Shown here: one piece after another, positions 18,987 through 30,847 of the stretch
How positions within the stretch are numbered: position 1 is the first letter of the stretch
Layout of the letters: each line of letters opens with the position of its first letter
Source of the DNA: a bacterium
Lineage (GTDB): Bacteria; JAHJDO01
NCBI GenBank assembly: GCA_043824255.1
Contig: JBDRTG010000021.1
Span: forward strand, 9,377-73,376
DNA: 64,000 bases
Direction: 5' to 3'
Translations under genes and position numbers: made by a program
The notes under the pieces: generated by a model
Databases searched by the model: none
What the model was told of the DNA's origin: nothing
What the model saw: only the letters and a program-made list of their open reading frames with translations

Positions 18987-20576
18987 CTATTGCGTATATC
19001 TCTGCAGATGCTTCGGAACATACCATTTTATGAAATCATAGCTTATTCCGATTGGAGACACTTCTATACCTTTAAAGCGTGCATGAACAACCGGAAGCGA
19101 ATCAGGCACATATAAAAACGTATAAGCCTGGTCTTCAGCTAAAACTTCGTGGATCCGATGATAAAGCTGTCTCCTTTTCTCTATTTCAAATTCCTTTCTT
19201 CCCTCGTCCAGGAGCTTATCTATCTCTGGATTATTATAAGAAATAAAGTTAAATTCTTTCTCTTTTGTTTTAGATGAATGCCAGATATCAAAACAATCCG
19301 GATCTCTACCCAGACCCCATGCGAGTAAAATAGTATCAAACCTTTTTTTATAAATAAATTCATTTAGAAAAGATGCCCATTCAATTATTCTTATATTTAC
19401 CTTAATCCCAACAAGTCTGAGATTCTGCTGTATAATTTCCGCGCATTTTCTCCTCTGTGCATTCCCCTGATTTGTTATAATTTCAAATTCGAACTTTTCC
19501 CCATCCTTATCAATCCAGCCATCTCCATCATGGTCCTCCCACCCGCATAGTTTCAGCATTTCTTTTGCCTTTAGCGGATTATACGGGTATCTTCTCACAT
19601 GTTTGTTGTATGCCCATGATTCAGGAGGAAAAGGACCTGTTGAGATCTCTCCTAAGCCTAATAAAACTCCTTTGATAATCTCGGACTTATTAATTGCATA
19701 TGTTAAAGCCTGTCTAACAAGTTTATTTTTAAATAACGGGTTTTTAAGGTTGTAACCTAGATAGGTATAACCAAAGCTTGGATATTTATATTTGCTAAAA
19801 CCAGTTTTAAACCATGTCTTATTAGTCTGATAAATATATTGAACAGGATTAAGCCCCATCCAATCAATATTCCCAGCGCCAAGTTCAAGAAACATTGTCG
19901 CATCGTCTGGAATTATCTGGTAAACATACTTATCTATATATGGTCTGCCTTCAAAATAGTCATTGTTTGCTTCAAGAATAATTCTCTGTCCGGTTTTCCA
20001 TTCTTTAAATTTATATGGTCCTGTTCCTATTGGATGCCTCGCAAAACTACACTTGATTAAATTCTTATCTTTTAGAAGATGCTCAGGCATAACCCACATT
20101 CCCCAGCTTGCAAGGGCTGGAGAGAATGGCTCTTTGTAGGTTACCTTGAATGTATAAGGATCAACAACTTCTGCTTTTTTTATTCGTTCAAAATCGCCTC
20201 CATATGGAGTAGGGACATCCGGATCTGTAAGCTTTTTATATGTAAACATCACATCAGAAGCTGTAAATGGGAAACCATCGTGCCATTCAACGTTTTTCCG
20301 TAAATGAAATGTAATAGTGAGTCTATCAGAAGAGACTTCCCATGATTCTGCCAGATCCCCAACCAGTTTTATGTTCTTATCATACTTAAGGAGTCCATTA
20401 AATACCAGTCCTACAATATCCTGAGAAGCGCTATCTGAAGCCAGTATTGGGATAAGTGTTGAAGCATCACCTATTGAACCAGCAATTATTGCATCGCCAT
20501 ATGCAGGTTCGCCAGAGACTGAGTGTGTATTTATAAATAAAAAAAATACCGCAAGAAGCGGTAATATATTCTTCAT
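18987..20576 (-). CDS. Peptide ABC transporter substrate-binding protein (family 5, AppA-like)
   Basis: Signal peptide, GDLAESW, WHDGFPFTASDV, PIGTGPYK, VRQAL. Confidence 0.92.
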   Translation of the reverse strand: MKNILPLLAVFFLFINTHSVSGEPAYGDAIIAGSIGDASTLIPILASDSASQDIVGLVFNGLLKYDKNIKLVGDLAESWEVSSDRLTITFHLRKNVEWHDGFPFTASDVMFTYKKLTDPDVPTPYGGDFERIKKAEVVDPYTFKVTYKEPFSPALASWGMWVMPEHLLKDKNLIKCSFARHPIGTGPYKFKEWKTGQRIILEANNDYFEGRPYIDKYVYQIIPDDATMFLELGAGNIDWMGLNPVQYIYQTNKTWFKTGFSKYKYPSFGYTYLGYNLKNPLFKNKLVRQALTYAINKSEIIKGVLLGLGEISTGPFPPESWAYNKHVRRYPYNPLKAKEMLKLCGWEDHDGDGWIDKDGEKFEFEIITNQGNAQRRKCAEIIQQNLRLVGIKVNIRIIEWASFLNEFIYKKRFDTILLAWGLGRDPDCFDIWHSSKTKEKEFNFISYNNPEIDKLLDEGRKEFEIEKRRQLYHRIHEVLAEDQAYTFLYVPDSLPVVHARFKGIEVSPIGISYDFIKWYVPKHLQRYTQ

Positions 20577-20593
20577 AATATAATCTCTATGAC

Positions 20594-20917
20594 TTATTTT
20601 TCTGGCTCTTTATCAGGCGCTTCTTCTTTTATAGCTTTAGCTTCTACCTGCTTTATACCTTCCTTTTTCACTATGGAAGTACCGCTGTAATGAGAAACCC
20701 ACATAAAACTCAGGGAGATGGACGTGATGACGAAAATTACAGCCATTGCTGTGGTGAGTTTTGTCATAAATGTCTCAGAACTTGTTCCAAATAGAGATTG
20801 AGTGCCTGCTCCGCCAAACATACTGGCAATATCTGCACCTTTTCCTACCTGAAGAAGAACAATTAAAATCAGACTTATGCAAGCTATAATATGGATTACA
20901 CTTATAAACGTAAACAT
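20594..20917 (-). CDS. secG: Preprotein translocase subunit SecG
   Basis: VLLQVGKGADIASMFGG..QSLFG; two TM helices. Confidence 0.93.
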   Translation of the reverse strand: MFTFISVIHIIACISLILIVLLQVGKGADIASMFGGAGTQSLFGTSSETFMTKLTTAMAVIFVITSISLSFMWVSHYSGTSIVKKEGIKQVEAKAIKEEAPDKEPEK

Positions 20918-20921
20918 AAAA

Positions 20922-22109
20922 TTATTTATCCGTTAATGCAGCAATGCCCGGCAGTTCAATGCCTGCAAGATATTCAAGAGATGCACCTCCGCCGGTAGAT
21001 ATATGGCTGATCTTATCTGCCACACCTGCCTTATTTACAGCTGCTATGGAATCTCCTCCTCCAATGACAGTATATGCGTCTACTTTAGCAAGCGCTTTAG
21101 CGATAGCAATAGTGCCCTTTGCAAATTTATCTATCTCAAAAACGCCCACCGGGCCATTCCAAAAAACAGTTTTTGAAAGCCCAATTTCAGTTTTATACTC
21201 TTCGATTGCCTGAGGTCCTATATCAACCCCTATCCAGCCTGCGGGAACTGCTCCTCTTTCAGTTATTATTGTTTGTGCGTCTTCAGAGATTTCCTGAACT
21301 ATTACATGGTCTAAAGGGGTGTGTAATTCCGCACGTGCTTTACGCATTTTTGTTATTATTTCTTTTGCAACGTCTATTTTGCTTTCATCTACAAGAGAGT
21401 TTCCAACTGTCCAGTTTTTTGCCTTGCAAAAAGTGTATGCTACCCCACCTCCGAGCAGCAAAGTATCTATTTTGCCAACAAGGCTTTCCATAACCGGTAT
21501 TTTGTCAGCAAGTTTAGCCCCGCCCATAATAAGAGTAAAAGGTTTTTCTGGATTTTCTATTAGCTTACTTAAAGCTTTCATCTCTTTTTCCATCAGAAAG
21601 CCACATGCAGCCTTGTTAATAAACATTTCTACTCCGACTGTTGAGGCGTGCGCGCGATGGGCAGTTCCAAAAGCATCGTTAACATAAATATCTGCCAGCT
21701 TTGCCATAGACTGAGAGAAGTTTACATCATTCTTTTCTTCTTCTTTATGAAAGCGCGTATTTTCAAGAAGTAATACTTCGCCGCTTTTCAACTTGTCTAC
21801 TTCTTTTTCAACTTCAGAACCAACACAATCATTCAGTTTGACAACTTTTATACCTAATAATTCCCCCAGCCTTATACCTATGGGACTTAATCTCATTTTC
21901 TCAATTATGTTCCCCTTTGGACGATCTAAATGAGAAACAAGTATTAACTTTGCTCCATTTTCTATTAAATACTTAATACTCGGTAAAGCTGCTTTGATGC
22001 GGGTGTCATCTGTTATATTACAGTTATCATCCAGAGGAACATTAAAATCCACTCTCATTAAAACTTTCTTATCTTTGACTTCTATATCTCTTAAAGACAA
22101 TTTGCTCAT
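20922..22109 (-). CDS. pgk: Phosphoglycerate kinase
   Basis: [39 protein letters not shown]. Confidence 0.98.
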   Translation of the reverse strand: MSKLSLRDIEVKDKKVLMRVDFNVPLDDNCNITDDTRIKAALPSIKYLIENGAKLILVSHLDRPKGNIIEKMRLSPIGIRLGELLGIKVVKLNDCVGSEVEKEVDKLKSGEVLLLENTRFHKEEEKNDVNFSQSMAKLADIYVNDAFGTAHRAHASTVGVEMFINKAACGFLMEKEMKALSKLIENPEKPFTLIMGGAKLADKIPVMESLVGKIDTLLLGGGVAYTFCKAKNWTVGNSLVDESKIDVAKEIITKMRKARAELHTPLDHVIVQEISEDAQTIITERGAVPAGWIGVDIGPQAIEEYKTEIGLSKTVFWNGPVGVFEIDKFAKGTIAIAKALAKVDAYTVIGGGDSIAAVNKAGVADKISHISTGGGASLEYLAGIELPGIAALTDK

Positions 22110-22115
22110 ATTTTT

Positions 22116-23168
<1,053 letters not shown>

Positions 23169-23177
23169 TTAGGCTCA

Positions 23178-23206
23178 ATTATACAAAATTAAATATCAAA
23201 CTTCAA
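23178..23206 (-). promoter_or_regulatory. sigma70-type promoter of gap-pgk-secG
   Basis: TTGAAG-17 nt-TATAAT on the - strand. Confidence 0.55.
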
Positions 23207-23221
23207 CAGGTTTCACTGTCC

Positions 23222-24040
23222 TTATTTCGAATTTTTCTTAATGAAGTTTTTTATTGCCTCCTCATATTCTTTACCCATTATTATAAAGCCATCATTATGC
23301 TCTCCACGCATTTTATAAAACTGTTTAGGAGATAGAGCCGTCTTAAAGAGTTTCTCTCCATGGTGAAAAGGTATTATCTCATCATCTTCTGAGTGTATTA
23401 TAAGCTTTGGAATTTTTGCATTTTTTATTTTTTGTTTACTGTCATATTTTATGCTTGCACAATATTTAATTGGCAAAAATGGATAAAATTCCTTCCCAAT
23501 ATCAATTATAGATGTAAATGCGCTTTCTGAAATAAGTAAGCCTTTATTAATTTTTGCCGCAAGGTCAATCGCTATTGAACCTCCCAGAGAACGGCCAAAT
23601 ATAACAATCTTGTCCTCATCTGGCTTTTTCTTTGAAATAAGCCACTTATATGCAGCCATTGCGTCCAGATAAGTGCCTTTTTCTGTTGGAAATCCCCTGC
23701 TTTTGCCATAACCCCTGTAATCAAATATAAGAACATTCAAACCAAGATTATGAAATATGTCTATACTGTCAAGACGGTCGCTTATATTCCCAGCATTCCC
23801 ATGGCAAAAAAGGAGAGTTGATATTGCTTCTTCACAAGGAACGTACCAGCCATTCAGCTTGACATGATCATCTGTTTCAAAAAAGATATCTTCAAACTTC
23901 AAACCTATACTTTCTGGAGTTATGCTAATCTCACGCGTAGGATAGTAAATGTTTTTCCATTCAAAATACCTGAAATATAGATGGAGGGAACAAACAACAA
24001 TCAGTGTCCCAGCAATATATTTAACAACTTTTATCCACAT
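23222..24040 (-). CDS. Alpha/beta hydrolase (ABHD13-like)
   Basis: HGNAGN, DYRGYG, GRSLGG nucleophile elbow, DEIIP, HND. Confidence 0.9.
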   Translation of the reverse strand: MWIKVVKYIAGTLIVVCSLHLYFRYFEWKNIYYPTREISITPESIGLKFEDIFFETDDHVKLNGWYVPCEEAISTLLFCHGNAGNISDRLDSIDIFHNLGLNVLIFDYRGYGKSRGFPTEKGTYLDAMAAYKWLISKKKPDEDKIVIFGRSLGGSIAIDLAAKINKGLLISESAFTSIIDIGKEFYPFLPIKYCASIKYDSKQKIKNAKIPKLIIHSEDDEIIPFHHGEKLFKTALSPKQFYKMRGEHNDGFIIMGKEYEEAIKNFIKKNSK

Positions 24041-24061
24041 TTAGAACACCTCTTATTTGAC

Positions 24062-24940
24062 TTATTTTTTAGGCTGAGTTTTCCAGCGATTATGTAGCCA
24101 GAACCACTGGTCAGGATATTGTCTGATATAAGATTCAATAACCTTAGAAAATTGAGCTGTGTATTTCTGTATATCACTATCTGAATTTTCAGAACTATGC
24201 GCGTATATAGGATTTCCAATAAGTATTCTGTGGTGTTTCCTCTCTCTTACAATAAAAGCTGGAACAACTGGCGCTCCTGTTCTTAAGGCAAAAACGGCTA
24301 TTCCTTTTGCAGTAGCTGCAGGACTTCCAAAGAAATCCGTAAACACCATATCTTTTCTCGTATTTTGATCCATTAATATAGCAACAAGTTCATTATTACT
24401 GAGTGCGCGAAACACCTTTCTAATAGGATCATTCTTCTGAATAACTTTCATTCCAACAAGCCTTCTATACCTGTCAATAGTATTCCCTATTTTTCTGTTA
24501 TCTGAAAGTCTGCCAATTGCATTTATCGGATATCCCAAAAGCCCAAAAGCAGCGCCCAAAAGTTCCCAGTTTCCAAAATGCGCACCAAGCAAAATAGCTC
24601 CTTCCCCTTTTTCTAGAATGTGGCCTATTTTGCATAGCTGAGATGTATCAACAATTCTTCTTATTCTTGTTCCATTCATTCTCGGAAGCTGCAGAAATTC
24701 CAGAAGTGTTTTTCCAAGATTTTTATATGTCTCTCTGGCTATCTTTTTCAGTTCAATATCACTTTTCTGATTTCCAAAAGCAAACTTAAGATTTTTAAAA
24801 ACCTGTTTTCTCCTGATTCTGAGTATATAAAATGTAAAATCTCCAAGAATATTGCCTAAAAAAAGCATTAAACTTCTAGGCAGATACCTTACGCATACAG
24901 CTACTGTTACTCCCAAAAAATATTGACGGGTATGTCTCAT
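24062..24940 (-). CDS. Lipid A biosynthesis late acyltransferase (LpxL/HtrB family)
   Basis: HFGNWE, DQ, FFG, PDQWFWLHNRWK. Confidence 0.9.
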   Translation of the reverse strand: MRHTRQYFLGVTVAVCVRYLPRSLMLFLGNILGDFTFYILRIRRKQVFKNLKFAFGNQKSDIELKKIARETYKNLGKTLLEFLQLPRMNGTRIRRIVDTSQLCKIGHILEKGEGAILLGAHFGNWELLGAAFGLLGYPINAIGRLSDNRKIGNTIDRYRRLVGMKVIQKNDPIRKVFRALSNNELVAILMDQNTRKDMVFTDFFGSPAATAKGIAVFALRTGAPVVPAFIVRERKHHRILIGNPIYAHSSENSDSDIQKYTAQFSKVIESYIRQYPDQWFWLHNRWKTQPKK

Positions 24941-26061
24941 ATTTTTTTATCCATTAATTCTTCATAGAGTTTTTCAGTTTTGTGAATCATCCGGCTTAAA
25001 GAAAAACTTTTGACAGTCTCTTTAGCAGCAAGTCCCATTCTTATAGTCAATTCTTCATTGCCAGCTAATGTAAGCATCTTATCTGCGAGAGCATCCTCGT
25101 CTCTGGAAGGAACAATAAATCCATTTTCTCCGTCAATGATAATCTCCTTATTACCACCCACATCTGTTGCAACTACCGGCTTTTCGCAAGCCATTGCCTC
25201 TAAAACTACATTTGAGAAACCTTCTCTAATGGATGAAATCACTGAAAGATCCGAAAGATAGAGCATATCTTTAATATCTTCCCGGTTGCCTGTGAAAACA
25301 ATGTTCTCCTTTATTCCTAATCTTTCTGAGAGAGATTCTAAACTCTCTTTCATTGGGCCATCTCCAACTATCAGAAACTTTAGATTCCCCATTTTTAGGA
25401 TTATCTTTCTCGCTGCTCTCAATAGGTATTCATGTCCCTTTTGCGGATGAAGACGGCCTATAGCTACTATTACTTTATCGCCCTGCAATAAGCCCAATTT
25501 AGCTTTTTTCTCGAGTATTACTTTCTGAGAGGGTATGTTCTTTTGCCAAAAATCCAGGTCTACTCCATTATAGATAACCTCAAACCTATTAGCTAAGATA
25601 TTAGCATTTTCTATATAAAAATTCTTAACTGCTTCTGAGACGGCAATAATCTTATCGGAGTATGCAGCAAACCATTTGTCTAATGTTAACTGCCAGCCTC
25701 CTTTCCAACTGTCCACATTATGCTCATTTGCAATTATAACAGGCACGCTTGCTAATTTTGCTGCGATTCTCCCTGTAGTGTTGGGTTTATGGCAGTGAGT
25801 ATGAACTATATCAATATTTTCTTTCTTCATGATTGAGTACAGTCTATAAATACAAACAGGATCAAACTTGAATCTGCGCGGGACTATTTTGACTAAAATT
25901 CCGGATTGTTCCAGGCAACGCCGCAATTCTCCGGATTTGAAACTGCATACGATAATATCATACTTCTCCTTGTTGAGTTTCGGCAAAAGTGACACCATTC
26001 TCTTCTGCACCCCACCCACACCCAGATTTGAAACTATGCGTAATATTCTAATTTTTCGCAA
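24937..26061 (-). CDS. Glycosyltransferase family 4
   Basis: GRLHPQKGH, EGFSNVVLEAMA (EX7E), TDVGG. Confidence 0.92.
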   Translation of the reverse strand: MRKIRILRIVSNLGVGGVQKRMVSLLPKLNKEKYDIIVCSFKSGELRRCLEQSGILVKIVPRRFKFDPVCIYRLYSIMKKENIDIVHTHCHKPNTTGRIAAKLASVPVIIANEHNVDSWKGGWQLTLDKWFAAYSDKIIAVSEAVKNFYIENANILANRFEVIYNGVDLDFWQKNIPSQKVILEKKAKLGLLQGDKVIVAIGRLHPQKGHEYLLRAARKIILKMGNLKFLIVGDGPMKESLESLSERLGIKENIVFTGNREDIKDMLYLSDLSVISSIREGFSNVVLEAMACEKPVVATDVGGNKEIIIDGENGFIVPSRDEDALADKMLTLAGNEELTIRMGLAAKETVKSFSLSRMIHKTEKLYEELMDKKI

Positions 26062-26755
26062 AATTTTCTCTCTTCTTTACCACTTCTATTTCTTGTCTTA
26101 ATTTTACTATGGTATTTGACTCAAGTATTCCCTTAATTGATGAACAAGGATATATAATGCAGTTTTTCCCTATTAATGTCCCTGGATTTGTGACTGCATT
26201 ACATCCAATCCGACTTTTGTCCCCGATAATTGCACCAAAATGTTCTAATCCAGTTCGAAATTTCTCTTCATTTATCCTCACAATAATTTCTTTCCCGTCA
26301 TTTTTGTAATTAGAAATTTTGCATCCTGCTCCTAGATTCACCCCATTTCCAAGTATTGTATCTCCAACATACCCAAAATGAGAGGCAGCACTGCCATTTA
26401 ACATTATAGAATTTTTAATCTCTGATGCATGCCCAACAATGCAGTTATTTTCAATTATACAATTCTCTCTAAGATATGCTCCATGTCGTATGAATACATT
26501 CTCTCCAATTATAGCAGGCCCCTTTATATAAGCTCCTGATTCTATAACTGTCCCTTCACCTATAGAAACATTTTTACCTATAAATGTATTATTTTCGATT
26601 TTACCCTTAATAGAGCAAACTAAATTTGCTAAAATCCATTCTTTTATATTTGGCAAGACTTCCCAAATATACTTAATGTCTTTAAATAATGAGTTAAGGT
26701 TTGTATTTGACAGCTCAAAATAATATTCTTTATCATATTTTTCTACATTCATCAC
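26048..26755 (-). CDS. Hexapeptide-repeat (LbH) acyltransferase, GlmU C-terminal-like
   Basis: Hexapeptide repeats, HFGYVGDTILG..VNLGAG, GAIIGD...IGCN. Confidence 0.82.
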   Translation of the reverse strand: MMNVEKYDKEYYFELSNTNLNSLFKDIKYIWEVLPNIKEWILANLVCSIKGKIENNTFIGKNVSIGEGTVIESGAYIKGPAIIGENVFIRHGAYLRENCIIENNCIVGHASEIKNSIMLNGSAASHFGYVGDTILGNGVNLGAGCKISNYKNDGKEIIVRINEEKFRTGLEHFGAIIGDKSRIGCNAVTNPGTLIGKNCIIYPCSSIKGILESNTIVKLRQEIEVVKKRENFAKN

Positions 26756-27557
26756 TAATCCCTTTCTTATATTCCAGCATCCTTCTATCGTAAGTAGTAA
26801 GATAAAAATACTTGTTTCTCGTTAAAGGAGCCCTGACTTTATAAAAACCTTCTGCATATTTTACTTTAATTTTCTTTCCCCAGGTAACATCTCTTTTTTT
26901 CCAATAAGAGGTTTTCTGCCACCTCCATGCCTGAGATTTATGTTTGTTGACAGCTTCTCCTTTCTTTTCCATATACTTTGTTATATCTATAAATGTGTTC
27001 GGAGAAAAATCAACTAGGGAACCTCTTGAGCCAGACGGCCAGAGATACAAATCGCCAAGCTTTACTTTCTCTGATGCTTCCTTAAACGCTTTAAATACCA
27101 GGCAGGATGTGGAATAATGACCAACATTCATATCATCAGGATAATGAGTAAAAACAATCTCAGGTTCGTATTTTGCAATTAAATCAGCAACCTCAATTAC
27201 ACACCTTGGAATAAAAGGTGCGTCATAAAGAAACTCTTTACCCGGGAGTTTTTTCCATTTTTCAAACAACTCAAGATTTTCTCCAAAACGAACTAATTTC
27301 TCTTTTTCGTTACAGACAAATGATTCCTTAAAACCAAGAAATACAGACTCAGCGCCTAGAACCTTTGCTCCTTCTGCAGCCTCTTCTTTTCTCATTTGAC
27401 CTGTCTCATTACTTCCTGGTGGGGACCCAGCATCACATGCTGCAACCAGTACATAGATTAACTTATATCCCTTATCCTTGAACTTTGCCAATGCACCTCC
27501 GCATCTTATTTCTATATCATCAGCATGCGCGCCAAAAGCCATAATACATTTCTTCAT
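26733..27557 (-). CDS. PIG-L/LmbE family de-N-acetylase
   Basis: AHADD, RKEEA, THYPDD, FIDIT..K..A...HKSQ, YAEGF. Confidence 0.85.
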   Translation of the reverse strand: MKKCIMAFGAHADDIEIRCGGALAKFKDKGYKLIYVLVAACDAGSPPGSNETGQMRKEEAAEGAKVLGAESVFLGFKESFVCNEKEKLVRFGENLELFEKWKKLPGKEFLYDAPFIPRCVIEVADLIAKYEPEIVFTHYPDDMNVGHYSTSCLVFKAFKEASEKVKLGDLYLWPSGSRGSLVDFSPNTFIDITKYMEKKGEAVNKHKSQAWRWQKTSYWKKRDVTWGKKIKVKYAEGFYKVRAPLTRNKYFYLTTYDRRMLEYKKGISDECRKI

Positions 27558-30500
27558 GATTTCACCCCCAAATTTAGTCCCAAAATACCAATAATAACCT
27601 CATTCGCCACAGCTTCTACAGAGAAGCTTTGTAATTTCTTTATTGGATCAAGAACAATTCTCTGCACTATGCCGTGGTTGTAATCACTAAAATATACAGT
27701 TTCGTCTTCCTGCTGAATTGCAGCGACAAGCCAGTCATCAAAATTTACAGGATTGACCAGACTTGTTTCCTCCAATGACCCATCTGTATACTTAACTTTA
27801 AAACGTCCATTTTCAACTCTCGACTGCATGGGATTTGTTACCCCGATGAAGAAGATTGCCAGCTCTGTGGCTTGACCAGATATAGGGATGCAGATCTCAT
27901 CAGGGAAATTATCCCAGATGGATACACATGCTGCATTTGGTCCTGTTGGAGGAGTCTTGAAATTAATGCCGGATGGAGTTCTAAATGTACCTTTACACTG
28001 TCGAAAAACAGTGTCCTTGATGACTACAGTATTACGTCCTACCTGATTCCAATCCCATGCAGAACGCCCATTCACACTCACACCAATTGAGTATCCTCTG
28101 GGTCGTGGACTGAGATACCTAATAGAGTGGATTTCGGTAAGCGAGATATTAAAATACTTGGAGATATTAATTGGATGAAATTCGCCCCGAGGTTCTATTC
28201 GTTTCAGCTTCGGCTTTCGGGCTACCAGAAAATCTGCGGTGAGCCACGCACTCCAGTGTCCAATCTTTGCGTGTATAAACACAGTGTGTGCGCCAATACT
28301 GCCAATTACCTTAGCATAAAGAATGCTGTTATGAACACATACATCTGAGACAGCGTCAGACGGATCCTTGTAATCCAGAATTTCTCCTTTTGTTATTTTA
28401 ATCCGTATTCTGTCGCCCTTATAAACTTTTTGAGACAGTTCCAATACAGGCGGATTTTTCCCTCCATGCGTTATGCACAGGTGCAAATGCCCTGCTTGGC
28501 TGGTTTTCACGACTATAGAACACCGATTGATTTCTGATTCCACTCTGTACTTTACAGGCGCACCGTTCAATAGCACTGATTCAACACGTGTGGAACGCAG
28601 AGGAAGTTTTAATATCCGTGCAGCAGGTCGTTCACACCATACCTCAAGGCTTTCATTGCGTCCGCTACGGCTGTAATTAATAGAAATATCCTTTACTTTG
28701 AGACTTGCGTGATCCCAATCAACAGGCAGATTCGGCGCAACTTCAATACGGTCGTCCAGTAAATGAAAACGGACACCAAACAGTCCTTCAACAATCACCC
28801 TGAGATACATGCTTGAGACATCAGCAAAATCCTGAGACTGTTCGCTATGACCGGTTCCTGTCATGCAATGCGCAGCCATGCCAGGATTTCCGCCCATAAA
28901 ATACGCATCTACAATGGCTTTCAGAATCTCCATGCCCTTTTCAGCCCATCCGTTTTGGAAATAAGCCCAGGCCAGATGAAGATTCTCAGCAGTATACAGC
29001 CCACAGCTAGAGTAACTCTGTGGATACCAGTTAGATGACCAGACCAGACGCCCTTTCCTGGGCAATGTCTGTTCATTGCGCAGGTCTGTCTCTGTAAAGC
29101 GCAGCATCTGATGCGCTTGAAAAGCATCTACTGCACCGGATTCAATTGAGTGATAGATTGTAGCTAGTTCTGGCGAGGCATGAATAAGCTTTTTGCCGAC
29201 TGTATCAATGTATTCCGCCATTATGCCCTTGGATGGAAGCCAGAGTGTCTTCTGAAGAGCCTTTAAAATTTTATTTGCGCGAGACACAAACGCCTTGTGA
29301 TTCCGCCCGAGCCGTTTGGCAATTTTACCCATTAGATAGTTAGCGCGAAAGTTATAAGCACTGGACTGCGCGCAGCCACCGCCATTATAGGAGTGTGAAT
29401 CAGAAATCCATGTATTGAGAAAGTTCTGATAGAGTCCATCTTTATCAGGATCAAGAATACGTGCCTCCCAGTCAAGAACTCGTGCTACCACATCAAACAT
29501 CTCTCTGGCTACAGCAATATCCCCTGTCCATTCAAGGTGATGGAGAAACATATCTATTGCAACCTCTTGCATGTTGTATTTTAAAGTATGCTCTCCAAGA
29601 AGAAATGGAATGAAACCAGTGCTGTTTTCCAGCCAGTGGTATTGAGTTCCACCACTACGGTATTTAGGTTGAGGATTACCATCATACCAGATCTCTTCAG
29701 GTCCTTCAGCCTCATTAACCTGTCTGGAGGCATGTGTACGAAAGCAGGTCTCAGCCCGATCATGCCAGCCAATCACAGTTGGCCCATACGAGTTTCTCCA
29801 GCCTAAATAGGGACTATGGTAGCTAGTTGCTCCATGATAGAATGCATTCTTATGCCAGGATGCATCTAAAGCTATGACAGTTGGCGGAATGGTCAGATCC
29901 AGCATGGTATCTGGTGTGTGAACCTCAATTGCTGATTGCTTTCGATGAATTTTGTGTTTTAAATCCGCTACTGGATCATTCTTGGACAGCCAGTAGTCCA
30001 GCTTTTTTTCTTTTTCATTGCGAATTACAACTATAACCCCATCCAATGTCTTCCCCTGTGTAATTGGGCAGGACATTCGCACCATTGGCGTATCTTCTGG
30101 AACATTTTTTTCTTCAAGAAAGGCACCGGGGCTTTTACCGTCCTGAACGTGTTTTGCATCTCCGATGGAAACATCCATTGGCAAATTAGTTCCAATCCAC
30201 ATAGAGGAATTGGCAGAGTCTCCATTTTCCCCTTGCACCAGGGCACGATTGGTTCCGCAGGTTACTATGTTGCCGCGACAATCCTCCACTCTGAAATTAC
30301 GCTCACCAACAACAGGGAATTCAAGCGCTCCCAGAAAATCAGTGATTCCGCCAAAGCCCATGCAGAGAATCACGCGCTGGTCAGCCTTTATTCGCAAATG
30401 CACCAAAAATCCGTCCTCTGGCGTCAGTGGCAGAACCTCAACAAAAGCCTTTACATGGGAAAACCACGGGGAAAACGGCTGGACTTTGTACTCCATCCAT

Positions 30501-30829
30501 CCATTGCAGAATGTAGAAATTGTGCCTTCAGCCTTGTGAAGCCATTGTGAACTGTAGTCATCGCCACTAATTGAGTAACGAGGCTGGAAGTAAAAGCCAG
30601 GTGTTAGAGCTACTCCCAGCATGAACACACCGCACTTAGCTTGGGGACCAGTCTTATCCTTACGCCAATCAGTGATTGCTCCCATGATCAGCGGTTGGTC
30701 TCCAGCAAAAGTAAAGTAACGCTCTGAAAGATTGTCATTAGCATGTCCACCATACAAAGTACGATTAAAAATCTCTTGGCTACCAATAATTTCATATCCA
30801 TTGTTTACTGGAGCATACCGTGTCTTCAT
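27554..30829 (-). CDS. DUF4450-like large glycosidase-fold protein
   Basis: FNRTLYG, GWR..YG, YNMQEV, WEARILDPDKDGLY, WISD...Y.GG...SSAYN, ENLHLAWAYFQ, DFAD, VEGLFG; (alpha/alpha)6-type core. Confidence 0.7.
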   Translation of the reverse strand: MKTRYAPVNNGYEIIGSQEIFNRTLYGGHANDNLSERYFTFAGDQPLIMGAITDWRKDKTGPQAKCGVFMLGVALTPGFYFQPRYSISGDDYSSQWLHKAEGTISTFCNGWMEYKVQPFSPWFSHVKAFVEVLPLTPEDGFLVHLRIKADQRVILCMGFGGITDFLGALEFPVVGERNFRVEDCRGNIVTCGTNRALVQGENGDSANSSMWIGTNLPMDVSIGDAKHVQDGKSPGAFLEEKNVPEDTPMVRMSCPITQGKTLDGVIVVIRNEKEKKLDYWLSKNDPVADLKHKIHRKQSAIEVHTPDTMLDLTIPPTVIALDASWHKNAFYHGATSYHSPYLGWRNSYGPTVIGWHDRAETCFRTHASRQVNEAEGPEEIWYDGNPQPKYRSGGTQYHWLENSTGFIPFLLGEHTLKYNMQEVAIDMFLHHLEWTGDIAVAREMFDVVARVLDWEARILDPDKDGLYQNFLNTWISDSHSYNGGGCAQSSAYNFRANYLMGKIAKRLGRNHKAFVSRANKILKALQKTLWLPSKGIMAEYIDTVGKKLIHASPELATIYHSIESGAVDAFQAHQMLRFTETDLRNEQTLPRKGRLVWSSNWYPQSYSSCGLYTAENLHLAWAYFQNGWAEKGMEILKAIVDAYFMGGNPGMAAHCMTGTGHSEQSQDFADVSSMYLRVIVEGLFGVRFHLLDDRIEVAPNLPVDWDHASLKVKDISINYSRSGRNESLEVWCERPAARILKLPLRSTRVESVLLNGAPVKYRVESEINRCSIVVKTSQAGHLHLCITHGGKNPPVLELSQKVYKGDRIRIKITKGEILDYKDPSDAVSDVCVHNSILYAKVIGSIGAHTVFIHAKIGHWSAWLTADFLVARKPKLKRIEPRGEFHPINISKYFNISLTEIHSIRYLSPRPRGYSIGVSVNGRSAWDWNQVGRNTVVIKDTVFRQCKGTFRTPSGINFKTPPTGPNAACVSIWDNFPDEICIPISGQATELAIFFIGVTNPMQSRVENGRFKVKYTDGSLEETSLVNPVNFDDWLVAAIQQEDETVYFSDYNHGIVQRIVLDPIKKLQSFSVEAVANEVIIGILGLNLGVKS

Positions 30830-30847
30830 CCTGTTAATTCTCCTCTT

